A stretch of DNA of 40,870 nucleotides from a virus (taxonomy: Duplodnaviria; Caudoviricetes). How positions within the stretch are numbered: the first letter of the stretch is position 1; each line of letters begins with the position of its first letter. Under the pieces are notes generated by a model that saw nothing but the letters and a program-made list of their open reading frames with translations, made no database searches and was not told the DNA's origin. The position numbers and the translations under genes were made by a program. Positions 27,775-35,882 of the stretch are shown one piece after another. The DNA is taken from the IMG/VR virus record IMGVR_UViG_3300038393_000751, positions 1-40,870 of that record. One strand, 5' to 3'.

Positions 27775-27804
27775 AGCTTATGCGGGCGGGCAGGCAAAAT
27801 ATGC
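27775..27804 (-). promoter_or_regulatory. possible sporulation-sigma (SigE/SigG-type) promoter
   Basis: Minus strand GCATATT-N15-CATAAGCT. Confidence 0.4.
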
Positions 27805-27815
27805 AAGTCCGGTTT

Positions 27816-27911
27816 TTAATTTGTAAATAAATAAAACAGCACGATGAAAATCGGGAGCCCGAAGAAAAACAAAAGCAAAATTAACCCGTCTTCGGCATCG
27901 TGGTCATGCAT
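27816..27911 (-). CDS. 31-aa single-TM hydrophobic peptide MHDHDAEDGLILLLFFFGLPIFIVLFYLFTN
   Basis: Start overlaps the upstream stop (ATGCATGA); weak RBS; strongly hydrophobic. Confidence 0.45.
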   Translation of the reverse strand: MHDHDAEDGLILLLFFFGLPIFIVLFYLFTN

Positions 27912-28188
27912 TCTTTTTGATTGGCCCGCATTTCGGGCATTTCATGGGCGATTTGGTCCCAGCGAGTGTTAGGGGCTCCCCGTGGCAGAAATCGCAAACA
28001 GGGGCAATCTCCGGCTTCTCCGGGGCATTTACAACCGTTACCTTACGGATCGGGCGAATGCCGAACTCATAACTCTCCGTCTCAAACCAAAATCTCCCGT
28101 CTCGGGCCATGCGGTCCAGCTTGTATATCCACATCATGCAAAACGCTCCGATCACAACCCCGGCATATAAGACAGCCCAATAAAACAT
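27904..28188 (-). CDS. 94-aa membrane-anchored protein with C-terminal Zn-ribbon
   Basis: GGAGG RBS before ATG 28188; N-terminal TM segment; CDFC...CPKC. Confidence 0.7.
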   Translation of the reverse strand: MFYWAVLYAGVVIGAFCMMWIYKLDRMARDGRFWFETESYEFGIRPIRKVTVVNAPEKPEIAPVCDFCHGEPLTLAGTKSPMKCPKCGPIKKNA

Positions 28189-28290
28189 TTTTCGATCCTC
28201 CGACAAATTTCTGGAATAAAATGCACGGTTTTTATATATCCATATAACAACCGTAAGCAAACGGTATAAAACTTTGGAGGCGATTCACCC

Positions 28291-28446
28291 ATGACTACTC
28301 AGCAAATCGTATTGGAGCTTCTGAAAGCACACAGCCAAGGCGTAAACGTGTTTCTCACGGCAGAAGGTTTGGAAAAACTCTCCCAAGCGACACAAGCGAA
28401 CCCGGACGTGATTGACGAAGCGGAGCGTGTGGCCCGTGAAGCTTGA
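28291..28446 (+). CDS. 51-aa hypothetical protein (not in ORF track)
   Basis: GGAGG 28276-28280; MTTQQIVLELLKAHSQGVNVFLTAEGLEKLSQATQANPDVIDEAERVAREA; overlaps the next start. Confidence 0.65.
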   Translation: MTTQQIVLELLKAHSQGVNVFLTAEGLEKLSQATQANPDVIDEAERVAREA

Positions 28447-28636
28447 GAAATGCCCTGTTTGTGAGAAACTTTGTACTCCGGGCAGCTGCGGCTGCCCTGT
28501 TCGTGTCAATAAGCCGGTAGCGTTCAACCTTGAAGACCCGTATGAGGCGAAGCTGTACCGACACCTCAAGAAGCAGGGACCCTTTTCCAAGTACGTGAAG
28601 CGCCTCATTGATCGAGATATGTCTAGTGCAACATGA
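28436..28636 (+). CDS. ribbon-helix-helix protein with N-terminal Cys cluster
   Basis: KPVAFNLEDPYE..LY.H....FSKYVKRLI.RDM; CPVC..C..CGC; GTG start behind GGAG. Confidence 0.7.
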   Translation: MKLEKCPVCEKLCTPGSCGCPVRVNKPVAFNLEDPYEAKLYRHLKKQGPFSKYVKRLIDRDMSSAT

Positions 28637-28770
28637 AATAGGATACCGTAACCATGGCCGCGCCAATTACAACGGGTACGAGTGCAATCATTCCGGATCA
28701 ACTCCTTTGAGTGTGGGATTCTACAACGTAGGATGTCCGGGAAAAATCAATTTTAAACGGAGGAATCAAA

Positions 28771-29169
28771 ATGATCGTTAGAATGAATGGGAAAACCATC
28801 CTGAACACGGTTTCAAAGTCCGCTGTGCTCCCGATCGAGACAAAAGCAGAAGTTTCCAGGGTGCAAGCGCTGTTCTCCAGCGGCATCCCTTCCATGGCTA
28901 TGGCCGCAGCTGCCAAAGTCGGGTTGATCGAGAAAATGGACCCGTTATATCGCTTCATGGCCGAAGTTATCGGAGCCCTCGGTACGTTCGCCATTATGGG
29001 CGGGATCATCGTTTATGTGTTTCGGCGCAGAACTGGAACTAAAATTCTTACAGTTTCCACATTCGCCATTCTCGCCGCTACCCTGGTTCCGTCGATCGTG
29101 CTGCTGCTGATTATCATCGGGAAATACCTGAACGACACGATGGAAACAGTCCTGCGGGATATGAATTAA
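28771..29169 (+). CDS. membrane protein, VirB2/TrbC pilin-like topology
   Basis: GGAGG RBS; leader ending AMAAA, then two hydrophobic segments separated by RRRTG. Confidence 0.6.
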   Translation: MIVRMNGKTILNTVSKSAVLPIETKAEVSRVQALFSSGIPSMAMAAAAKVGLIEKMDPLYRFMAEVIGALGTFAIMGGIIVYVFRRRTGTKILTVSTFAILAATLVPSIVLLLIIIGKYLNDTMETVLRDMN

Positions 29170-29182
29170 GGAGGGGTTCCCC

Positions 29183-29323
29183 TTGAGATTTTTGATCGGA
29201 ACCGCTTTCGGCGGAATCCTGGGCTGGGCCGCTGCGCTCTACGTGAATGTGAAAATGCCAAGCAGCCCGCCTGTGAAAATCGTTGGATTCATCAAATACC
29301 TGGTAACGGAGTTGAGCAAATGA
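29183..29323 (+). CDS. 46-aa membrane peptide (not in ORF track)
   Basis: AAGGAGGGG RBS, TTG start; MRFLIGTAFGGILGWAAALYV...; ATGA overlap with the ATPase. Confidence 0.7.
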   Translation: MRFLIGTAFGGILGWAAALYVNVKMPSSPPVKIVGFIKYLVTELSK

Positions 29324-31539
29324 TAGCCCCTTATTTCACGGATAACAAATACCGGATCACGGTGAAAATCGGAAACATTTCAGACGAAAAAATATTGGAA
29401 GTCGAAGCTCCCGCGCCAAAGCCTGCACCTAAAGCGGAAGTGTTCGAGACTCCGGGTTTTGTCACGTTCCGGACCATCCCGCACAATACCCTGGAGAACA
29501 AGAAAAACGATAACTTTGCCGATGTGCTGGCCGACTCCTACCAAAATTTGTTCACAGCTTGGCGAGCGGGAATGCTCGGGAACCGGGAACGGATTTTCTT
29601 CGAATCCGTCATGAGTACCCAATCTTACGAAACGTTTGTATCTTCAAGCCAAAGCGCAGCGGATATGACGCGGCAGCAGCTCAATATGACTTGGAAGAAC
29701 CTGAATGTGCTGGATGATACGCGGGCCTATATGAAGTATTTCACGGACCCCGGCAAGGTATCTGCTTATGAAATGAAGCTGCGGTATCACTTTTTCTTGA
29801 GTCTAAAGACGGACCGGAAAATGACCGAGGCCCCGCTCCCGGAGATTCTGGAGCTATCCCGCTTTATGTCCGGGGATGATCGGGCCGTCATTCAGTTCGG
29901 CTTCCAATCAGCAGAGGAAGAATGGGTGAAGGAGGCAGCGGCGGAGGAAAAGAACTTCGCTAAGAAGCGCCCGCGGGAGTGGAAAAACCGGGAAGTCGGT
30001 ACGGCTACGCAAATGAAACAGATGCATCCCGGCTATGATTTCGTGCTGCGGATCGCTGTTTATTCCCAGGATGAGCGCAGGCGCAGACGGATCGCCCGAG
30101 GCATATCCATAGCCCTCAAGCAGCTGAACGGGGATAACGAGCTCTTGGAAAGTGAAATCGGGAAAATACGGATCGACAGATGGTTGGAAGGATTCCGCTC
30201 GCTCAAGCTGGATGTGCCTTTCCTCTACTCGAAACGAAATATTATCACCGCTCCCGAGGCAGGCCGGTTCCTTAATTTCCCGCAGCGCAGCTTGCAGGAG
30301 GAATACCCGATCATCAAGGCGATTGACACGAAGGAAACCAACATTGACCCCGAGCTGCAAAAAGGCGGCTGGTTGCTGGGTGAAGCGGAATTCCAGGGCA
30401 AAAAATACCCGATCAGCATTCGGGCCGATGAAAAATATTGGGGGAATTTGTGCCTGCCATCGGTAGCCATCGGCGGGATGGACCAAGGAAAGACCAAAGG
30501 TTTTGGAGCCAATGCACTGGTTCAAGCGGTAAAAATGGGATTTGGAGGCATGGCGATTGATCCAGCCAAAGGCGAGCTCGGGGATGAAGTGGAGCGCTGC
30601 CTGCGTCCGGATCAGGTGGAGCGGTATAACCTGGCTAACATCGTATTTGGCTTAGATTGGAACGAAGTGAAACACGCCAAGAACGGCGGGAAGGATATGC
30701 TGGTGGATACCGTGCTTGCCTTTTTCGAAGACAACACAGACCAAACCGGAGCCCAAACCGCCCGATTCCTGGAAGCTGCCGTACACGGGATGCAGACGGG
30801 GAGGCTATCGGAAATTGTGCGCATCTGCACAGAGAAAAAATATCTCAAAGAGTGCTACAGCAAAATGCCGATGACCATTCACCGGACCACGCTAAAAGAG
30901 CTGCACGACTACCAGGACGCACGAAGGGCCCAAATCGTCGCTCCGATCCTCAATCGCTTAAACATCGTTCTGGGGGACTCCTGGATGCTCAAATGCATGG
31001 AATCACGAAACAGCATTGATATGGTGGAGCTGCTGCAAAAGCGTAAGGCCATTATTTTTGACGTGGCAAAGAAAGACGGACTTAGCCCGCGCAAAATTGA
31101 CCTCATCGTAAACCTACTCACAACGAAGATTGCGCTCGCTATGCAGCTGAGGCCCGAGAAGAACCAATTTCCATTTTTCATTATTTATGATGAGCCGCAT
31201 CAATTTCTCCGATCCACAAAGCTGTGGGAATTCCTGGCCGTAGAGTCCCGGAAATGGCGGGTGAAATTCGTTTGGATGTTCCATGAATGGGATCAGCTCC
31301 CGGCGAAAACGCAAAAACATATCAAAGCCGCGCTGCCTCATTACCACATTTACCCTTCGGCCAAGAGCATATTTAAGGACTTGAAGGAAGAAATTGACCC
31401 GTTCACGGTAGAAGAAGCCATGAAGCTGAAGAAATACCATGCCATCAACGTGCTTCGGACGAAGAATGGCGTAGCCCAGGCGCTTATTGTACGGATGACC
31501 GCGCCACCCAGCGAACAGAAAAAGGAGGGAGCAGCATGA
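29320..31539 (+). CDS. P-loop ATPase of the VirB4/VirD4/HerA-FtsK superfamily
   Basis: Walker A GGMDQGKT, IDPAKGE, Walker B FIIYDEPHQF, ESRKW arginine-finger-like motif. Confidence 0.8.
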   Translation: MIAPYFTDNKYRITVKIGNISDEKILEVEAPAPKPAPKAEVFETPGFVTFRTIPHNTLENKKNDNFADVLADSYQNLFTAWRAGMLGNRERIFFESVMSTQSYETFVSSSQSAADMTRQQLNMTWKNLNVLDDTRAYMKYFTDPGKVSAYEMKLRYHFFLSLKTDRKMTEAPLPEILELSRFMSGDDRAVIQFGFQSAEEEWVKEAAAEEKNFAKKRPREWKNREVGTATQMKQMHPGYDFVLRIAVYSQDERRRRRIARGISIALKQLNGDNELLESEIGKIRIDRWLEGFRSLKLDVPFLYSKRNIITAPEAGRFLNFPQRSLQEEYPIIKAIDTKETNIDPELQKGGWLLGEAEFQGKKYPISIRADEKYWGNLCLPSVAIGGMDQGKTKGFGANALVQAVKMGFGGMAIDPAKGELGDEVERCLRPDQVERYNLANIVFGLDWNEVKHAKNGGKDMLVDTVLAFFEDNTDQTGAQTARFLEAAVHGMQTGRLSEIVRICTEKKYLKECYSKMPMTIHRTTLKELHDYQDARRAQIVAPILNRLNIVLGDSWMLKCMESRNSIDMVELLQKRKAIIFDVAKKDGLSPRKIDLIVNLLTTKIALAMQLRPEKNQFPFFIIYDEPHQFLRSTKLWEFLAVESRKWRVKFVWMFHEWDQLPAKTQKHIKAALPHYHIYPSAKSIFKDLKEEIDPFTVEEAMKLKKYHAINVLRTKNGVAQALIVRMTAPPSEQKKEGAA

Positions 31540-31640
31540 AAACAAAATGGTGGGAAGAACTGATATGGTGGGGACTCGGGCTCGCTATGGCCCCGGCGTT
31601 TGTGCGGATCGCATCGGAACTATCAACTGCATTGAAATGA
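31536..31640 (+). CDS. 34-aa membrane peptide (not in ORF track)
   Basis: AAAGGAGGG RBS; ATGA overlap; MKTKWWEELIWWGLGLAMAPAFVRIASELSTALK. Confidence 0.65.
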   Translation: MKTKWWEELIWWGLGLAMAPAFVRIASELSTALK

Positions 31641-31686
31641 AAAAGAAGCCCCACTCCTTGACGAAGGGAGGGGGCTTTTCCTTTTT
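31640..31686. terminator. bidirectional intrinsic terminator
   Basis: AAAAAGAAGCCCCACTCCTT-gacga-AGGGAGGGGGCTTTTCCTTTTT, with U-tracts on both strands. Confidence 0.85.
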
Positions 31687-32052
31687 GACAGGAATTAAGA
31701 AGTTACCGCGAAAAGCAGGCCAAGCAAGTAGGTGCGATAAACAGCGGAAATTTGGAAGAATGACCGACTATCCATCGAAAAACCGAGAGAGATAACCCGC
31801 CCTCTCAATACATCCCGGGTGGCCTTCCGGGAATGTAAGCGGGATCGCCTCAAAACAACTCACATACGTTACCCTACGGAATGAACAACGCGAACCAGCT
31901 GAATACAGGGAAGGGGTTGCCAGCTGACAGCAGAGTTTATAGGAAGCACTTTTAAGACCGGACTACCAACAGCAGGGACCTTCCGGACGGTCCAAGTTGA
32001 TAATCTATTTCTCGCAGCTTTCGGTCTGGGTTGTCCGTGCGATTCATTCGTT
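31640..32052 (-). ncRNA. candidate ~400-nt structured RNA
   Basis: SigA-type promoter upstream and terminator downstream; no RBS-led ORF; nested helices with G-U pairs that work only on the minus strand. Confidence 0.55.
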
Positions 32053-32057
32053 TTAAT

Positions 32058-32086
32058 ATTGTAACATTTGGTAAAACCCTTGGGAA
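32058..32086 (-). promoter_or_regulatory. SigA-type promoter (leftward)
   Basis: TTCCCA-N17-TACAAT with extended TG. Confidence 0.65.
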
Positions 32087-32121
32087 GTGCTTATGCTAAT
32101 GTTGTATACCGTATATATTAG

Positions 32122-32155
32122 TTGCATTCCGCATAAAATAGTGCTATATTTATGC
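32122..32155 (+). promoter_or_regulatory. SigA-type promoter (rightward) with overlapping operator-like palindrome
   Basis: TTGCAT-N17-TATATT with TG; GCATAAAATAG-TG-CTATATTTATGC 32131-32155. Confidence 0.7.
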
Positions 32156-32182
32156 AGTAGCCACAAAAGGAAGGTGGTAGAA

Positions 32183-32413
32183 ATGAACAGCACTTTGGAG
32201 AGAATTGCGAAGTGTCGGCGCATCCTGGGGTGGACCCAGCAGCAGCTTAGTGAGCGAACGGGGATACACCAAACGCGAATCAGCCGCTTCGAGCTCGGAA
32301 AGTCCATCCCAAGGCCCGAGGAACTTATGGCCTTATCCAAGGTTCTCGGCGTGTCGATGGAAAGTCTTGTTGATCCGACGAAGGAATGCGTCATGTCACT
32401 CAAAATTGAATAA
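32183..32413 (+). CDS. XRE-family HTH regulator (Cro-like)
   Basis: R...GWTQQQLS..TGI....ISRFE.G...P....L..LSKVLGVS...LV; RBS AAGGAAGGTGG before ATG 32183. Confidence 0.9.
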   Translation: MNSTLERIAKCRRILGWTQQQLSERTGIHQTRISRFELGKSIPRPEELMALSKVLGVSMESLVDPTKECVMSLKIE

Positions 32414-32427
32414 GGAGGGCAATGGGA

Positions 32428-32748
32428 ATGCCAATGGACAAAACAATTGATTATTTTGCAGAAAAGCTGGCCCCGCGGATCGTGGAACGCATCATGATGG
32501 AACCGAGCAAGTATGTGAGCGGGCTTACGGGAACCGCAGCGAAGCTCATCATGGAAACTGAGCTTTACCGGCTGACTCATTTTTACCCGGACCCGGAGCG
32601 GGACCGCATCTATGAGGCTATGGCCCAGCATCCGGAAATCAAACTCGCGTTCGACTTAGCTAACGATCTACTCCAAGAATTCGCAGAATCGCGCATCCGT
32701 GCTATCGAGAACCCGCGGGACTACCATTCAAGAGTCGATTTTATCTAA
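32428..32748 (+). CDS. hypothetical protein
   Basis: AAGGAGGG RBS; operon position. Confidence 0.7.
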   Translation: MPMDKTIDYFAEKLAPRIVERIMMEPSKYVSGLTGTAAKLIMETELYRLTHFYPDPERDRIYEAMAQHPEIKLAFDLANDLLQEFAESRIRAIENPRDYHSRVDFI

Positions 32749-32764
32749 GGGAGGAAAAAGGACA

Positions 32765-33097
32765 ATGGAAAACCAAGTGAAGCGGATTGAACTAACACCG
32801 GAAGTTGTAAATGGATTCTTGGAGTGGCAAAAAGGCGGGAAGCAGCGCAGAGTTGAAATCAAGGTGGAAGGCTGGGATACAGTCTACCGCATTAACGGAG
32901 AACGAGTAACTGAACCCACCGAATCAAATTACCGTGTGATTGTAAGTGATACGATTGAGGGGATTTACTGCTGTCAAGTGAGCCTTTATTACGCTTCGGA
33001 AATTGACTTGATCAAGGAAGCAAAACGAACGATGCAATCCCGCATTGATGAGCTCGAAAAGCTTCAACGATTGGAGGCTGCAAACGATGGTCGTTAA
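32765..33097 (+). CDS. hypothetical protein
   Basis: GGGAGG RBS; MENQVK start; overlaps the next gene. Confidence 0.7.
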   Translation: MENQVKRIELTPEVVNGFLEWQKGGKQRRVEIKVEGWDTVYRINGERVTEPTESNYRVIVSDTIEGIYCCQVSLYYASEIDLIKEAKRTMQSRIDELEKLQRLEAANDGR

Positions 33098-34019
33098 AGT
33101 CAATGCAAGCAATTTCACGGAATTCCTGGCCCAGTACGAATCACTTACGGTCGTACATACCAAGGACCTCCCCCGGACGGATTGGCTCACCTGGCGGAAG
33201 AAAGGGCTCGGGGGATCAGAAATAGCGGCCATCCTCGGGAAAAGCCCGTATGAGTCGGCGTTGGCGGTTTACCTCGGCAAGCTGGACCTCATCCCGCCCA
33301 AGGAAGAAAACGATGCTATGCACTTCGGGAATTTGCTCGAACCGGTTGTCGCGGGTGAGTTTGAGCGCCGATCCGGATTCACCGCTTATGAGCTGCACCG
33401 CATGGTGCGGCATCCAATTTATGATTTCATGGTTGCTAACGTGGACCGCATCATATACGACGATGTACTTGGTTGGGGCATCCTGGAGTGCAAAACTGCT
33501 TCGACGTACAAAGAGCAGGATTGGCTCTATGATAAAACCCCGGAGCACTATTATTATCAAGTCCAGTTTTATCTTGCGGTTACGGGGCTCCAGTTCGCCT
33601 ATATCGCTTGCCTCATCGGAGGGCAAAAGTTCGTTTATAACTTTATCGCCAGGGACGAGACAGCAATTGAGCAAATCCTGGAAGGAGCAACCGACTTTTG
33701 GTTCAACCATTTGCTGGAGAAAGTCCCGCCCGATGTAAGCCACCTGGACACAGACGCACTCGGCAGGCTGTACCCGAAGCATGAGGAAGGCAAAACGCTC
33801 AATATCACGGAGGAAGAAGCCTGGATATGGGATGACTTAATTCTCGCTCGGAAGGCCCTTTCCGGGGCGGAGAAAGCGGAAGCGGAAGCGTCGAACCGAA
33901 TTAAGGCCCGAATGGGGGATGCGGAAATCCTCTACCTGGGCGGAGAGAAAATTGCCACCTGGAAGACGAATGCCAAGGGCTCCCGCGTATTTAAGCCGAA
34001 TTTACCCAAGGAGGAATAG
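33087..34019 (+). CDS. YqaJ-like viral recombinase/exonuclease
   Basis: WL..RKKGLGGSE.AAILG.SPY, G..LEP, ANVDR, LECKT, YY.QVQ.Y..VTG. Confidence 0.92.
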   Translation: MVVKVNASNFTEFLAQYESLTVVHTKDLPRTDWLTWRKKGLGGSEIAAILGKSPYESALAVYLGKLDLIPPKEENDAMHFGNLLEPVVAGEFERRSGFTAYELHRMVRHPIYDFMVANVDRIIYDDVLGWGILECKTASTYKEQDWLYDKTPEHYYYQVQFYLAVTGLQFAYIACLIGGQKFVYNFIARDETAIEQILEGATDFWFNHLLEKVPPDVSHLDTDALGRLYPKHEEGKTLNITEEEAWIWDDLILARKALSGAEKAEAEASNRIKARMGDAEILYLGGEKIATWKTNAKGSRVFKPNLPKEE

Positions 34020-34024
34020 ACAAC

Positions 34025-34801
34025 ATGGAAACTCAATTCGATATTCAACCCGTATATCAAAAGGGATGGACGGAGGAGCGTAAGCTCCTTCTCAAGCTGG
34101 TGGCTATTTACAAAGTCGTGAAGTACATCCAGAAGCGCGGGAAAAATAAGTTTCACAATTACAGCTACGCCACCGAAGCGGACGTGAACGAAAAAGTCCG
34201 GGAGGAACTGGCCGAGCGTAACGTTATTCTCATCCCGAACCTAATTAACCATTCCATGCGGGAAACCACAACCCGCAGCGGGAACACGGAGTATATCTGC
34301 TGCGTGATTATGCAGTTCACTTTCATGGACGCCGAAACGGGAGAACAGCTTACGATCGGCATGAGGGGCGAAGGCCAGGACGTTGGCGATAAGGCGATTT
34401 TCAAGGCTATTTCCGGGTGCCAGAAGTACGCGCTGATGAAGCAGTTTATGATTCCGACCGGGGATGACCCGGAAGCGGATGAGGATGCAGACCGTCGAAA
34501 TGCGGGCGTGAGCGGATCGCAAAACCAGGGCGGGAGCAATGCCCCATCCGGGAACTCACAGCCTCCAGCGGGCAATTCTGGAGCTCCAGCAGCCAATCCG
34601 AACCTGGTTACGGACGGCCAGGTGAAGATGCTCAACGCGAAGGCTGGGAGCGCAGGCTACAAGAAGACGGATAAAGACCAGCTCATGAAGGACATCGGCC
34701 AGCTCATCGGCGCAACCATTTCCAGCTTCTCGGAAGTCCAGAAGAAGGATGTTAACAAGATTGCGGAATGGCTGGATCAGAAAGCCGCGCAGCCTGCCTA
34801 A
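34025..34801 (+). CDS. ERF-family single-strand annealing protein
   Basis: K.GKN.F.NYSYA, GEGQD.GDKA..KA.S...KYAL...F.IPTGDDP. Confidence 0.88.
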   Translation: METQFDIQPVYQKGWTEERKLLLKLVAIYKVVKYIQKRGKNKFHNYSYATEADVNEKVREELAERNVILIPNLINHSMRETTTRSGNTEYICCVIMQFTFMDAETGEQLTIGMRGEGQDVGDKAIFKAISGCQKYALMKQFMIPTGDDPEADEDADRRNAGVSGSQNQGGSNAPSGNSQPPAGNSGAPAANPNLVTDGQVKMLNAKAGSAGYKKTDKDQLMKDIGQLIGATISSFSEVQKKDVNKIAEWLDQKAAQPA

Positions 34802-34802
34802 T

Positions 34803-34820
34803 AGCCGCCTTCGGGCGGCT
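34803..34820 (+). other. GC-rich hairpin with C(UUCG)G tetraloop (weak terminator or stabiliser)
   Basis: AGCCGCC-TTCG-GGCGGCT; poor U-tract. Confidence 0.55.
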
Positions 34821-34861
34821 CTATCCTTGTTATGCATCAAAATGAAATAGGTGGTGTACAT

Positions 34862-35047
34862 GTGGGAACTAAAATTATCGAGACTCCAGACAGTAAGATG
34901 GTATGTGATTCTTGCGATTATGACATGATCAAACCGACTTACGCAAAGTATCAAATCAGGTTTTCTGGCGGGGTTCGTTTGTGCGTTTGCTTTAGCTGTT
35001 TTGATACCTTATACGATGCTCTAATGAAACACAAAGAATCAAAATGA
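34862..35047 (+). CDS. small Cys-rich (Zn-finger-like) protein
   Basis: AGGTGG RBS, GTG start; CDSC...CFSC. Confidence 0.6.
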   Translation: MGTKIIETPDSKMVCDSCDYDMIKPTYAKYQIRFSGGVRLCVCFSCFDTLYDALMKHKESK

Positions 35048-35066
35048 ATAAAGGGGTGTGTATGGA

Positions 35067-35216
35067 ATGGATTGGCGTTGTAGTGGTTGCGGTTCAACTA
35101 AACCAGAAACGTGTATATGTGAAAATGACTTTGAACTAACGGACGCGGAAGAAATTCCTGTTCCAAAACCAAATTCAATAGATTACGTCAAAGTGCGTCT
35201 CGAAGAAACAAAATGA
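35067..35216 (+). CDS. 49-aa Cys-containing protein (not in ORF track)
   Basis: AAGGGGTG RBS; MDWRCSGCGSTKPETCICE... Confidence 0.55.
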   Translation: MDWRCSGCGSTKPETCICENDFELTDAEEIPVPKPNSIDYVKVRLEETK

Positions 35217-35243
35217 ATACTGAAGCACTTGGGAGGGCTTTCA

Positions 35244-35552
35244 ATGGAATGGATTAGCGTTGACGAACGGCTTCCGGAAACAAGGCAAAGGGTGCTGGTG
35301 TGCTTCACAAATTCCTATGGTAAGACATGGGTTACATGCGCCGATTACATCGCGCCAAAGACCGTTCTCGAAGAAGATTATATGGATGAGCAATATACAG
35401 ACGGAGGCGAGTACGACGAAGAAAAAGACTGCTACTGGACGACGAGCGGTTGGTACGAAAATAATTACGAGCCAGAAACAAACTGGAAACTAAGCGACAA
35501 AGTTACGCATTGGATGCCTTTGCCACAGGTTCCGGTTATGAACACCGTTTGA
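35244..35552 (+). CDS. DUF551-family protein
   Basis: MEWISVDERLP ... VTHWMPLP. Confidence 0.85.
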   Translation: MEWISVDERLPETRQRVLVCFTNSYGKTWVTCADYIAPKTVLEEDYMDEQYTDGGEYDEEKDCYWTTSGWYENNYEPETNWKLSDKVTHWMPLPQVPVMNTV

Positions 35553-35579
35553 ATATCGAGGAACATGGGAGGGTTTAGT

Positions 35580-35705
35580 ATGGACAAAAAACTGTACGAC
35601 ATTATCTGCGATTGGATTCAAATGTTAGATGACGGCGAGATAGCAGCGGTAATTGATGAGATGAAAGATGAGTTAGAAACTTACCGTAGAGAGAACCGGA
35701 AATAA
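35580..35705 (+). CDS. 41-aa hypothetical protein
   Basis: GGGAGGG RBS; MDKKLYDIICDWIQMLDDGE... Confidence 0.6.
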   Translation: MDKKLYDIICDWIQMLDDGEIAAVIDEMKDELETYRRENRK

Positions 35706-35746
35706 GTAACCAAGCTGAATATTGAAGGACATAAGGAGGTTTACAG

Positions 35747-35842
35747 ATGCAAGAGGCGTTATATGGAGCGGCAACAATCGGATTTGTTGCTGGTATTGCC
35801 TTAACATTGTTCGCAATGTGGTTTTTATCTAAAAGACGATGA
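35747..35842 (+). CDS. 31-aa single-TM peptide
   Basis: AAGGAGG RBS; MQEALYGAATIGFVAGIALTLFAMWFLSKRR. Confidence 0.65.
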   Translation: MQEALYGAATIGFVAGIALTLFAMWFLSKRR

Positions 35843-35882
35843 ACATTCGTGAATATTTAGTTACCTGGGGAGGATTGGACCA

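Noticed and set aside
28693-28740. Possible hairpin leader before the pilin-like gene (CCGGA...TCCGG, ATTCTAC/GTAGGAT)
   Set aside because: Short imperfect stems with no second instance; cannot be distinguished from chance
31547-31795. 82-aa + strand ORF
   Set aside because: Runs through a terminator; the RBS fits the 34-aa ORF at 31536 instead
31690-32050. tmRNA, T-box, group II intron, retron or single-strand origin
   Set aside because: Only isolated fragments (GTGCG, TACCGCG); no tRNA-like ends, T-box bulge, domain V or reverse transcriptase nearby
32053-32631. 192-aa minus-strand ORF as a possible CI repressor
   Set aside because: Antisense to the XRE gene and its promoter; no HTH pattern
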